Positions 12,301-23,640 of a stretch of 60,803 nt of DNA are shown here, piece by piece (within the stretch, counting starts at the first letter, position 1; each line of letters begins with the position of its first letter). A program made the position numbers and the translations under genes. The notes below the pieces were generated by a model. That model was given only the letters and a program-made list of their open reading frames with translations. It had not been told where the DNA came from and ran no database searches. Origin of the DNA: Folioceros fuciformis. Its lineage: Eukaryota. The stretch covers positions 47,934 through 108,736 of the forward strand of contig JBNGIO010006309.1 of the NCBI GenBank assembly GCA_049999805.1, in the 5' to 3' direction.

Positions 12301-15300
12301 TGAGCACCGTCAGTGAAGTGCGCCGGGTTTCCATCCAGACCATCATGAAATTGGTGAAGGTGTGTTGTGACTGTTCCCGAAAAACTGGCACGCACTGCGA
12401 TCTGTTGTCTATTCTATTGAGACAGTTCGAGAACATGAACCTGATTGTTTTGATTGCAGGGCGCTGGAGAGGCCATTAGACCACAAATGCCAGACTTGGT
12501 GATCTGCATGCTGGAGAGCCTTTCAAGTTTGGAGGACCAGAGCCTTAACTATGCTGAGGTTTGGGTTCTTAACTGAGATGCATGTTCGAGGTCTGCCCGT
12601 GGCATTGCCAAGGGCCTTCTCTTTAAGCTTGAATAGGAAATCAAACAGTCTCCACGTCCTGCTGTTATCCGATAGTTTCACCTGAATTCTGCAATTGCTC
12701 AACATTCAGAGTTGGATGGAATACATCCAAAGATGGTGCACCATTTTTTTTCTGTGAACAAGTAAAAAGATGCTGCACCATCTTCAAAGACGTGGATGTG
12801 AGGACGGCAAATAAACGTACTTGAGCACCTGATGAGTTGACATCGGTGCAAGAGATGTAGCTAGTTTTGTTTCATGTGTTGTCCTCCTGGCATTGACTTG
12901 TGCATGGTCCAATTACTGAACGAAATTCCTTCACCACCTCTGGCGCAGTTGCATGCTGAAAGGGTTGGGATAAGCACAGAGAAGCTTGAGAACGTACGGA
13001 TAGCTGTTTCCAAAGATACTCCTATGTGGAACACGCTCGATCTATGCTTACGACAGGTTGATGTGCCGACTCTAGATGCACTGGTTCCCCGCCTGACACA
13101 GCAAGTCCGGACGGGTGTTGGCCTCAATTCCAGGTAGTTTGCTTAAGGACCTTGGGATGTCAGCTTGGCTTGGAGTTTTCTTGCGTGCTAATTGAGGGGT
13201 TGTATTGTGGACAGAGTTGGTGTGGCAAAGTTCATCAGCCAGCTTTCCCAGCGAATGGGAGCGGACATCAAGCCACATACTGCGGCATTGCTCAAGGTTC
13301 TGTTCCCTACTACACAGGCAGAAAGAAGTACAACAGGCAAGAAAGCATTTGCAGCTGCATGTGGAGCGGTGGCGAAATTCTCTGGGGAAGCTCAATATCA
13401 AAAACTGGTGACGGATTCAGTCACACTACACAATTCCTCCGGCGATAAGGATGCTAGGCTTGCTGGTGCCCTCGTGCTGAGAGAGCTATCACACCAAACA
13501 AGTGATTTGCTGAAGGGTTATTATGCAGAAGTGCTGCCTGTAGCGTTTGTTTCTAGGTATTACGAGCGATCCCTTTGTACTGTTGCAATGGTTGGTTTTC
13601 TAGTTGAAGCACTCATGCTGTGTGTCTCCTCGTTTCGCGGCAGACAGTGTCTAATGTTTTAGTGTCTAATGTTTGCGACAGATTTGATGGCGAGAAGGCC
13701 ATAGCCGACATTTTTGAGGAGATTTGGGAGGAGAACACTAGTAGTGCTTCGGTCGCTTTGCACCTGTATATGGTAGACATAGTACCTCATCTTCTTGCGG
13801 GCATTGGCTCATCGTCATGGCCCCAAAAGCAGAAGGTAGGAGCAGTCGTATCAGCTGAAAGTAAGGACTTGTGAGGCCAAATCGCGTAAGCAAATTCTGG
13901 ATCAAGATGTTTCTTAATTGGTTGGTACATTCTGTTGCAGAGTACGAAGGCAATTACAAGCTTAGCGGAGTTAGCGGGCTCAAAAGTTGAGCCTCATGTA
14001 CAGATTCTTCTGGAAAATCTACTGGCGGAATTACCGGGCCGCCTTTGGGATGTGAGTCAGAGTCGTCTGACTTGGTCGTCTATGCTTGTGTAAGCTTCCA
14101 TATCTGAATTTGTTTGGTTGAGGACTGTGTGACTGAAGTGTGAGAGTCCAGGGTAAGGAGGCCGTTCTAGACGCAATTGGAGGGCTTTGCAAGGCTTGTC
14201 CCACACAGTTAGGTGCTGCATCCGGAACATCGAGTACAGTGAGTCCAGAGAGCATTGTAACGGCTGTCTGTGCAGCGTGTAAACGGAAAAAGTCCACATT
14301 CCGAGATGCAGCTTACGCGTGTCTGGAACAGGTATATGGGAGTGACTTATTGCTGTTTGGATGACTTTGAAGACCATGTACATCGTGTCTTATGGTGCGT
14401 TGATATGCAGATCTTAACAGCTTTCCAGGGCAAAGATTTGTTCGAACATGTGGCTCCCATGTTGCTGGATGCGTGCATGCAACCTCCGGAGCGGAAACAG
14501 AGTTTGATTGATCCAGAAACAGCTGTACCGTCAGGTCAGTCAACATAGCTATGTGATAGGATAATGGCTTTATGAGGATCTCTCTTAATACCTTGATCCT
14601 TGTGCAGATGAGGTAAAAGAGACGCCCTCTGTGCCTGTGGAGAAGGTGTGGGCTTGCCTTACAGCGGGCCTCCCTGGGGCTTCACCACGCACCATCAGGG
14701 CGCACGGGAAGAACATAAGTGAAGCCATTGTTGCGACGCTTAGCCTGGGGCATCCGTGGAAAGGTAGAGCTGGAGGTGCCCAGTACAACATTATGCTCCT
14801 GCTCAGGGGGTCATCATTCTGGGACCTGGGTTTGAGGTCTGTCCTCATAAGATGGCTGGTACATGTAGGGAAACTCGGTGCACTGACACTTGCGAAGGCA
14901 TTCCTGAAACACCTATGCTCAGATTCCACTGGACCAACGAGTGACGGGAGCCATGTAGCCGGACAGGTAAAGGTGGCTCATTCAAACGGTGCCTTGTGGT
15001 GAGAAACCGTTCATTGGAATTTCGTTATAAGAACGCGAAACGTGAATGCAGTGGATAGAACCGGTGGTGCCATCCGTGCTGGACTGCCTCGTCAACGTCA
15101 AAGTAGCTCAGGTACTCACGCTTATACGACAGCTTTTCAAACGAGAATCAGTGTTGAGCGCAGGCTAATGCAGTGCTGTCGTGACTGCAACCGGTCTCTG
15201 ATGCAGGTGCATGTTGAAGCTGTGGAGTTGCTGGTGGAGATCGTGGAGAGTCACAAGGCTGGATGGCTGGAGGGCTTCTCACGAGACTCACTCCAATACC

Positions 15301-15407
15301 TGTACGATCGCTTACTGGACGTACAAAGCGTAGAAAAGCACGCCAACGCGAAGTCCCTGGTAGCACGGGCCTTGAGCCTTCTGGGTGAACACCTCATGCT
15401 AGCGTAG
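6352..15407 (+). CDS. ECM29: Proteasome adaptor/scaffold ECM29 (HEAT-repeat protein), ~33 exons
   Basis: Starts MAQTSSSGDGPAEVAALDRLLTRLALTDD. Diagnostic segments include [65 protein letters not shown] and FRAVDDIKETVR. All traced introns are GT-AG; stop TAG at 15405-15407. Confidence 0.95.
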
Positions 15408-15930
15408 AGCAGCCCACCAGGGCAGGCTGAGTGACGCAGTTTGATCCTCTGCATTGTTCTCGAGTCACCCAGTTTCTTGGCAAACCACAAAAATTGAACT
15501 TGAACTGCCGGGTGCCGTAGCGTTAACCCCGGACCGAATTCCGTCACGTTTCATCGTCCTTGGATTTTTCTGGCCTTCTTCCATTGAAATTACCTCTAGC
15601 GTGGCATGCGGTGGGTCCGAAGGATATAAGTAAGTTTCTAATTAAACGAGTATTCGTTAATTCTAAGTAATTCTTCTTGCCCCTCGAAAATTACTGCCTT
15701 AGTAAGGCCCCCTTCCTTATGCAGTGTAAAGCGAAGCAACACTCCAATTACAAATCACTCACTTCAACGGACTCGAATCTCGTCTGTTCACTTCGCAACA
15801 CTCTAATTACAAATCATTCACTTCTTCTCCCACGACTCAGCACTAGGCTCCAAGTAGCCCGCCGTCTACTAACGGCTCATAGACCACCTCCTCTAGGTGC
15901 TGCTTTTTATTCAAGATACTTACAAAAAAG

Positions 15931-16052
15931 TATGGCCACCTACGCCCCACTGACTAGTGTCCTATGGCCACCTACGCCCCACTGACTAGTGTCCTANNNN
16001 NNNNNNCTGACTAGTGTCCTATGGCCACCTACGCCCCACTGACTAGTGTCCT
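15931..16052. repeat. 32-bp tandem repeat (TATGGCCACCTACGCCCCACTGACTAGTGTCC) inside a duplicated LTR-like block
   Basis: Units read directly across an N gap. The surrounding ~15892-16190 block is repeated at ~16412-16620 with one diverged unit. Confidence 0.85.
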
Positions 16053-19000
16053 AGACTCAATCGGATAAGCTTGCTCTTCAAGCCCTCCACAACTATGTCT
16101 CAAGGCTAGACTTCTCATTGTCTACCTCTCTCTGTATCTTTCTGTCTCTCCGTGTATGTTCTTAAGGCCTTAGCATAGGCCTATTTATACTCCATAGCTA
16201 AGCCACTGCTAAAGTTGAGAATCATGCACACCACTCACCTCATAATACTAGTGGTCATTACAACTTCATTCTTCTTAGGAGGTTTTGCCTGGAACACACA
16301 TCTTGTTTCCAAAGGCAACTAGAAGCATACTTGTTTCTTCATCAAGACAGCTCTAGATTTAGCTTTCATCTTTCTACTTTTAACTTTCACCTTATTTCAC
16401 TTATGCCATTACTCTAGGTGTTGCTCTTCATTCAAGATACTTACAAAAGAGTTTGGCGATCTACGCCCCGTTGGCTACTACCTTAGACTCAATCTGACAA
16501 GCTTGCTCTTCAAGCCCTCCACAGCTATGTCTCAAGGCTAGACTTCTCACTATCTATCTCTCTTTGTATCTTTCTGTCTCTCTATGTATGTTCTTAAGGT
16601 CTTAGCACTGGCCTATTTAATCTTCAAATGTTCAGATATTAGCCAATGCTCAGGCACGTCCGAAGAGATATGTTGATAAGCACAAGAGAGAAACTATCTT
16701 CAATGTTGAGGATAAGGTTTGAGTGAAACTAAAGCATTTCACACTGCCCCAAGGATTGTCTCTGAAGTTGAGACCAAAGTATGGAGGTCCATATGTTGTC
16801 TTGAAGCACATTTGAGAAGTGGCTTACAAGTTAGACTTGCCTAACTAGATTTTTGCACACAATGTGTTTTTGCACACAATGTATCTATGTTGAAACCATT
16901 TGCGCCAGGCAAAGAGAAAGAGAACATGGATAGGAAGAAGTACAATATCCTGGTGCAGCATGATCAAGGACTGCAGGAGATTGTGGAATTCCTTGCAAAA
17001 GGTAGCATGGCTACAAGACATGGAACTCTACCATAGTACATGGTAAAGTTGCTTAGGATGTCACCACCAGTTTGGATAACACTAGAGGATATCCAGATAG
17101 GCTCCTGGATGATTGCTCGTTACACTGGTTATCACTGAGGGCAGTGATTCTTTCCTGGTGGGGGAAGAAGTAACAACACTCTTGTCACTAACTTAGCAAA
17201 CTAATGTTACCCAAACTGGTGGTGAGATCCTACGCAACTTTGCCATGTACTGTGGTGGAGTTCCACGTCTCGTAGCCACGCTACCTTCTGCAAGGAATTC
17301 CACAATCTCTTGCAGTTTCATGATCATGCTGCACCACGATACTGTACTTCTTCCTATCCATGTTCTCTTTCTCTTTGCTTGGCACAAATGGTTTCAACAT
17401 AGATATATGAAACATATTGTGTGCAAAACTCCAGTCAGGCAAGTCTAAGTTGTGAGCCACTTCTCCAATGCCCATCAAGACAACATATGGACCTCCATAC
17501 TTTGGTCTCAACTTCAAAGACAATCCTTGAGGCAGTGTGGAATGCTTTAGTGTCACCCAACCCTTATCCCCAACATTGAAGATAGTTTTTCTTCTGTGCT
17601 TATCAACATATCTCTTTTGACGCTCATGAGCCTTGGCTAATATCGTTTTGGCAATCTCATGCCTACCCTTCATTTGCTCAATGAATCGGCGAGATCTCCG
17701 ATGGTAGAGTCGAAAACTTCAGCATTTAGCATGGATACCACATCCAAAGCTGAATTTCCACTCATCTCAAAGGGGCTACATCCTAGGGAGCTATGTATTA
17801 TGTTATTGTAACAAAACTCTGCATCATCAAGATGATCAGCCCAATCTCTTTGATCAATGTGCACACAATGCCTCAAATATTCTTCAGATATCCTAGATCT
17901 CAAGATAGATCTAGAGGCAGAGGACGAGCCATTATTACTGGGAACAGTGCAATTATTGAAACTGTTGGCAAAGACTGGGGTAGAGGCAATAACAGGGGTC
18001 GTGGAAGACGACGAGTAGTGCCTATCTCTGGTGTATGTTATAGTTGTGGACAGTAGGGAGTGTCAAGGATAACACTATTTCCAGGGAGGGTGGAGACTTG
18101 ATGTATATACGTGGCAAGATGAATGGCTTTGATGTAGAGCTATTGCTGGATTCTACTATCACCCATAATTTTGTAACTCCACGTAAGGCAAGAGAGCTTG
18201 ACCTTGAATGGACTGTAACTTCCACACCATATAAAATCAAGCAAGCTAAAGGGACTCTGCAATTTCTAGGTGAATTGCATGAAGTAAATTTGCAAGTTGA
18301 GGCATGGCAACAAAGTGTGAGTTTTACAATCGTAGAGATGGATGACCATGATATCATCTTAGGTCTAGAGTGGATGAGATCTAATAAAGTGCATATGGAT
18401 GTTAAGTCACGCACTTTTAAGATATCCAGGAAGCACAAAGGGAGTTGTGCTAGCATTAGCTAAAGGCTTGAGAGTGTATCAGTATAGCTGATAACAAAAA
18501 GAGAGCTCAAGAAAGACCTCAGGAAAAAGGAGTTATACTTAGTTGTACTCCAAGGACTAGAGGATCGTTTGGAAGAGGATTCCACATAGGAGAAGAACAT
18601 CCCAAAAGAAGTACAAGCTATACTAGATGAGTTCAAGGACTTGATGCCAAATGAATTGCCACCATTGCTGTCCCGTAGAGTTGTGGATCATGAGATTGAG
18701 TTAAAGCCAGGGAGTACGCCTCCTTCGAGAGCACCATATAGATTGTCACAGGTTGAGTTGCAAGAACTAAAGCGACAACTATCCAACCTATTGGCAAAGG
18801 GATGTGACAGAGTTTTGAAGTTTCCTTTTGTTGCGCCTATACTATTCATATGCAAAAAGAATGGAGGACTCCGGCTGTGTCTAGATTACAAAGCTTTGAA
18901 CCTTATCACAATCAAGAATGCATATCCATTGCTGAGAATGGATGACATGTTTGACATGTTGAAGGGTGCCAAGTATTTCACCAAGCTAGATCTGATGGCA

Positions 19001-22000
19001 AGATACTATGGAGTCCATATGACGAAGAGATCCCCTAGAGAAAGGGTAGTATTTGTTTTTTTTTTTTTGGGTTTTTATTGAATGCCTTAGGAAGTGGATG
19101 GAAAACTAGGTTAGAAAGGTAGGTGAGGGTCTAGTTAAGGATTGTGGTCGAAAGGGGATGGGCCTCAGTTCCTCAGGTTAGGGTGTCTAGATGAACAGGG
19201 AACCCTAAAACTGGTCGTGGGGAGGTGAGTCGGGGTTTCCTAAGAGAGTGCTAATGGAAGTTGGGGACGAGGATGGAGGTGTCGGGACGTTGCCCGGGTG
19301 CATTGGGTGGATAGGGATCACGAGAGCACAGGTGGCCGGATTAGCAGACCGACGGGATCGGGGTGGTGGCTTGGATCTTGTCGGATCGGGGGCCGACAGC
19401 AACCGGGCTTTGGCTAGCGAATTTGGTCAGGGGTAGATCCAAAAGAGGTTGGCGGTCTGGGTGGCTGGCTGGGCCAACACTGACCCGGATGGTGGCTGTC
19501 GGGCTGGCCGACGAGTGCGGCTAGGGGTAGATGGCGGCCGGTTAGGACGAGGGCTGGCCCAGTAGCGGCCCGGCTGTGTGATCCGTTGGGCTGGCTGGCT
19601 GGCCAAGGCTAGAGTCAGCAGCGGTGTGGATCCCGCTTGGGCCTGGGCCAGTAGTGGCCCGGCTGCAAGCAGGCAGCCCCGCAGCGGTGGAGGTAGGCCA
19701 AATGGGGGCAAGGCGCTCCGGTGGCCTGCTGCAGGTTGTCGAGGCAGTCTATGGTAGGCCGGTGGCCAGCTGGTGGTTTAGCGGGTTGCTAAGGAGCCTA
19801 GCGAGCAGCCCAGCGTCCCAGGCAGCCAGTAGCATCAGCTGCGCCAGGCAGCCAGGCCGGGTAGGCTAGCTGGCTAGCAGGATCTAGGAGGCAGGCATGG
19901 GCAACCACGGTGCCGGCTGATGGCAAGTGACGGGCTACTAAGGAGTCTTGACAGCAGCAAACTTGGGCCAGCTGCATGCAGACAACAGACGGGCCATCAA
20001 GCTAGCCACTTGGACGGGTCCAAGAGGGCAGGTGGCGCTGGACGGCTGCAGTAACTGATCGAAATGCGGTAGGAGTAGCACAGGGCCTTGCCGGCCAGAT
20101 CCAACCAGCCAGCACACCGGACAGGCGGGGCATAGTCAGCCTGACTGGGAGCTGGAGGCTAGCTGCCCAGGCGGCTGGCCGCAGCTGCTAAGGAGCAGGC
20201 CGCCCAGTAGGTGTCTGGTAGGTGGCTGGCCCAGCAGCGGCCGGTTGCTGAGGAGCAGCCAAGCCGTGTAGGTAGCCTGGTAGGGGGCCGGCTAGAAGAG
20301 GATGGCTTGCAAGTTGGCTACGGCTGGTCTTGCTCGGTGCGGGAAGGCAGCCGGCAGGTGACCCGCAGATGGATCCAGCCAGGCAGCAGCCTAGCGCAGG
20401 CCGGCTGGCTGGGGGAAATCCTGGCCGGAGGAGAGGACGAATGGCTGGACGGGGTGGATCTGAGCTAGGCCGGAGCCAGGAGCAAGCTGAGGGCCAGCTG
20501 GCTGGCTAGTTGGCTGCTGAGGAGCCTTGCCAGCGGGCCAGCCCGGCCCAGGTGCAAGTAGGCAGCAGCGGCCCTACGAGCTGGCTGCCTGGCCAGATCC
20601 AGTATGTAGGGCAGGTTGGGGGAACAGAAGGGGCGGCTGGTCGAGGGGACCCAGGCTGACCAGGACCAGGACTGGATTCCGAAGGCTTGCAAGCATCCTA
20701 GCAGTAGGATCCCACGCAGCGACTGGCTGGGCGGGATCATGGCAGGTAGGCCAGGCGGGCGGCTGCCAAGGTCGAAGGTGGATCCTGGCAGACTGCTGGT
20801 CGGTGGTAGGGGCTGAAGCAGGCCGCCAGGCCGACTGGCTGGACCATGGCCAGGCTGCGAGTTGGCTAGATCCAAGCTGCAATGGCCAGATCTAGGCCGG
20901 CTGGGTAGTCGGCTCCAGTCAGTCGGCCTGGCTGGATAGGTGATTGGCGGCAGCGAGTGGGCTGGCAGATCCAGCCAGCCAAGAGGCCGGATTTAGAGCG
21001 AACCCACAGGCGAGGCCCAAACAGACGGACATGATGGAAAGGGGGCTGTTTGCCGGGTCCGAATGGCTTCCCGGCAGGATTTAGCCAACTAGCAAGCTGG
21101 CCAGGTCGCTGGCAGTAGCTGCTGGAGGCCTAGCAGCAGCTCAGCTCGGGTCGGCACCCATGGCGAGCTGGCCTGGATTGGGTTTAGCAGTATGGTTGGG
21201 CCGCGGCCAAGTAACAACAGGCCGGGGGCGGATCCAGCCAGCCAGACGGGCAGCAGGCTCCGGGCAGGCTGCCAGGTAGGCAGCCTGGTCCTGCTGCAAG
21301 CAAGTAGCAGGCAGGCCAACAAGCTGGTTGCTTGGACGGGACTGAGGTAGGCAGGAGGCAAGCTGGGGCAGCCCAGTTGTGACCAGATTAGCGGTTGACG
21401 GCGACCATAGAGTTGGCTGGGATCCAGGCTGTAGGTAGGCGCCGCCATCAGCCGATTGCGGATGAGGTGGAGCAGAACCAGGCAGGCTGTGGGCTGGATC
21501 CAACAGGTTGACTGGTTAGGTAGATCCGGGGAGACGACTTGGCTGACTGGTGTACAAGCTGAGGCGAATCTAGGCAACGGCCTAGCCATATCTCAGGCAG
21601 CAGCATGCGGGCCAACAGTGTAGGCAAGCCAGAGGTGGCGCCGGATCCAAGCACTGGCCGGCTTGACAGACGGCCTGGCGAATGGCTGGTTGCGGCTGGA
21701 GGCAGGTGGGCGGCCTGGCAGGGGCTGCCCAACCGCAGCCGGCTGTTGAGGAGCAGCCAGGTAGGGGCTGCCTAGCAGCGAACGACTGGCCAGGGGGAAA
21801 CCAGGCCATACGGGCTGGGTAGGCTGGCCTTGCCGGCCGGCTGGTAGGCAAACCAGGCAGGTAGCCTAGTCGGGGCAGCGGAGCCTGAAGCAAGCCAGGC
21901 GGCGGGCTAGCTGAATCATGGCCGAAGCAGCCGGGCTGGCAGGTGAATCAAGGCGGGAGCGAGCTGATCGGATCCAAGTGGACAGGCAGTTGCACATCAG

Positions 22001-22745
22001 GCTGGTGCAATCGAATCGGACCTAGGTGGGCTGGATCGCTGCAGGATAGTAGGCGGAGTTGATTGCCAGCAGTGAGGCGCCTGATTCGGTGGTTGGACCA
22101 ATTCGGCGGCCAGGTTATAGGTGCTTAGAGACTCCTAATGGGTGTGACTATAGGGAGGATCGGGGGTGCTAAGTGGCAGGGAGGAAGAATGGAGGCTCGT
22201 CGGCCTGTTGTCTTCTGAATGAAACCATTCACATCCTCATGCCTGAGCCAGAATTGGAACCCAATTTTCTTAAGCACTGGCAAGTGAAGGTGGCTCCAAT
22301 AGAGGAACTAGCCAGAGGAAGTCTGGCGTGGGGGACTTCTATTGCTGCGAGTTGGATAGGACGAATAAGTTCGGGGAGCTGCTGGAAGGCCGATGGCTGT
22401 GGAGCGGATTGCTAGGATAATAGCTGGCTGACAAGGGGAAACAAAGGAGGATGGCTGAGTGACTCTCCAAGGATTGCAGGTCGTCCTAACAATATGAGGG
22501 AATAGGGCATTCCTGCGCATGAACTACTGCCAGTCTATATGTAGCTCGTAGGAAGCAAGGTCATGAGGAACCACCGTGTGATTGCACGGCTCGGGGAGAA
22601 GGAGTGGTCAATCTTGAGGATGGAGATCCATTTGAAGGAGGAGAAGGAAGTCTTCAAAGGCACGGCCGATTTTTGGTAGTTTTGAGAGGCTAGTCATCTT
22701 TGATAGGGGCAACCAACCAATGGTGTCAAAGGGACACAACCCCTC

Positions 22746-22990
22746 TTAGGTCAGAGTTAGGATTAGGTCGGAGTTAGGATTACGTCAGAGTTAGGATAAG
22801 GTCGGAGTTAGGATTAGGTCGGAGTTAGGATTACGTCGGAGTTAGGATTAGGTCGGAGTTAGGATTACGTCGGAGTTAGGATTAGGTCAGGATTAAGGTT
22901 AGGTTAAAATTAGGGCTAGGTTTAGGTCAGAGTTAGGTTTAGGTCAGAGTTAGGGGCGGCTTAGGTTAGAATTAGGGATAGGCTAGGTCG
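22746..22990 (+). repeat. 17-bp telomere-like minisatellite (TTAGGTCGGAGTTAGGA)n degrading into TTAGG/TTAGGG motifs
   Basis: Directly visible tandem units. Confidence 0.85.
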
Positions 22991-23404
22991 GAGAGAGAGA
23001 TTGTTAGCAGTGGACTAAGGCTAACCCTAGTAGACAGAGATGGGGTCCTGGGCCAGGGTAGTATAAGAGGCCAGACCTGCCATTAAGGAGGGGGTGGTTT
23101 TACGGTGTGATTTCCCTTGACCTTGTGTCCAGACTGTCGGATTAGAGTGGCTGATCCGGTGTGAGTCTAACCAAGGGCTTGATCCCCCTTGCCATTAGGG
23201 GGACGTGGTGGATCCCTAGACTACCTGAATCTGTGTGGGTGGATCCGCAATGGCTGATCATTTTACAGGTCGGCTGAGGTGAAGTGGTAGGGCCGTGAGC
23301 CAAGGAGGCTATCCAGCCCTAGTCCTCATACCTCTGCCTTGAAGACTGCAAGGAGAAAAGTTGTTGTGTTCTAAATTCCAGGTTGAGGTATAGATTTTGG
23401 GAGT

Positions 23405-23640
23405 AGAAGGTGAAGTGAAGTGCTAGAGTGAGTTGAGGAGAAGTGTTGAAGTGCTGGAGTGAGTTGGAGAGAAGTGTTGAAGTGCTAGAGTGAGTTGAAG
23501 AGGAGTGCAGAAGTGTAAATGAAGTGCTGGAGTGCTGAAGTGTGGAGTGAAGTGAAGAAGTGAAGGACTGAAGTGAGGAAGTGAAAGACTAAAGTGAAGA
23601 GCTGAAGAACTAAAGTGCTGGGGCAGTGTGGAATTGGTGT
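23405..23640 (+). repeat. Degenerate purine-rich GAAGT(G) low-complexity tract
   Basis: Repeated GAAGTG/GAGTG words, next to a 100-N gap. Confidence 0.7.

Noticed and set aside
19200..22520. Many overlapping ORFs on both strands in the GC-rich block
   Set aside because: Low-complexity translations with no motif, as expected from stop-poor GC-rich repeat DNA inside the LTR-like insert.
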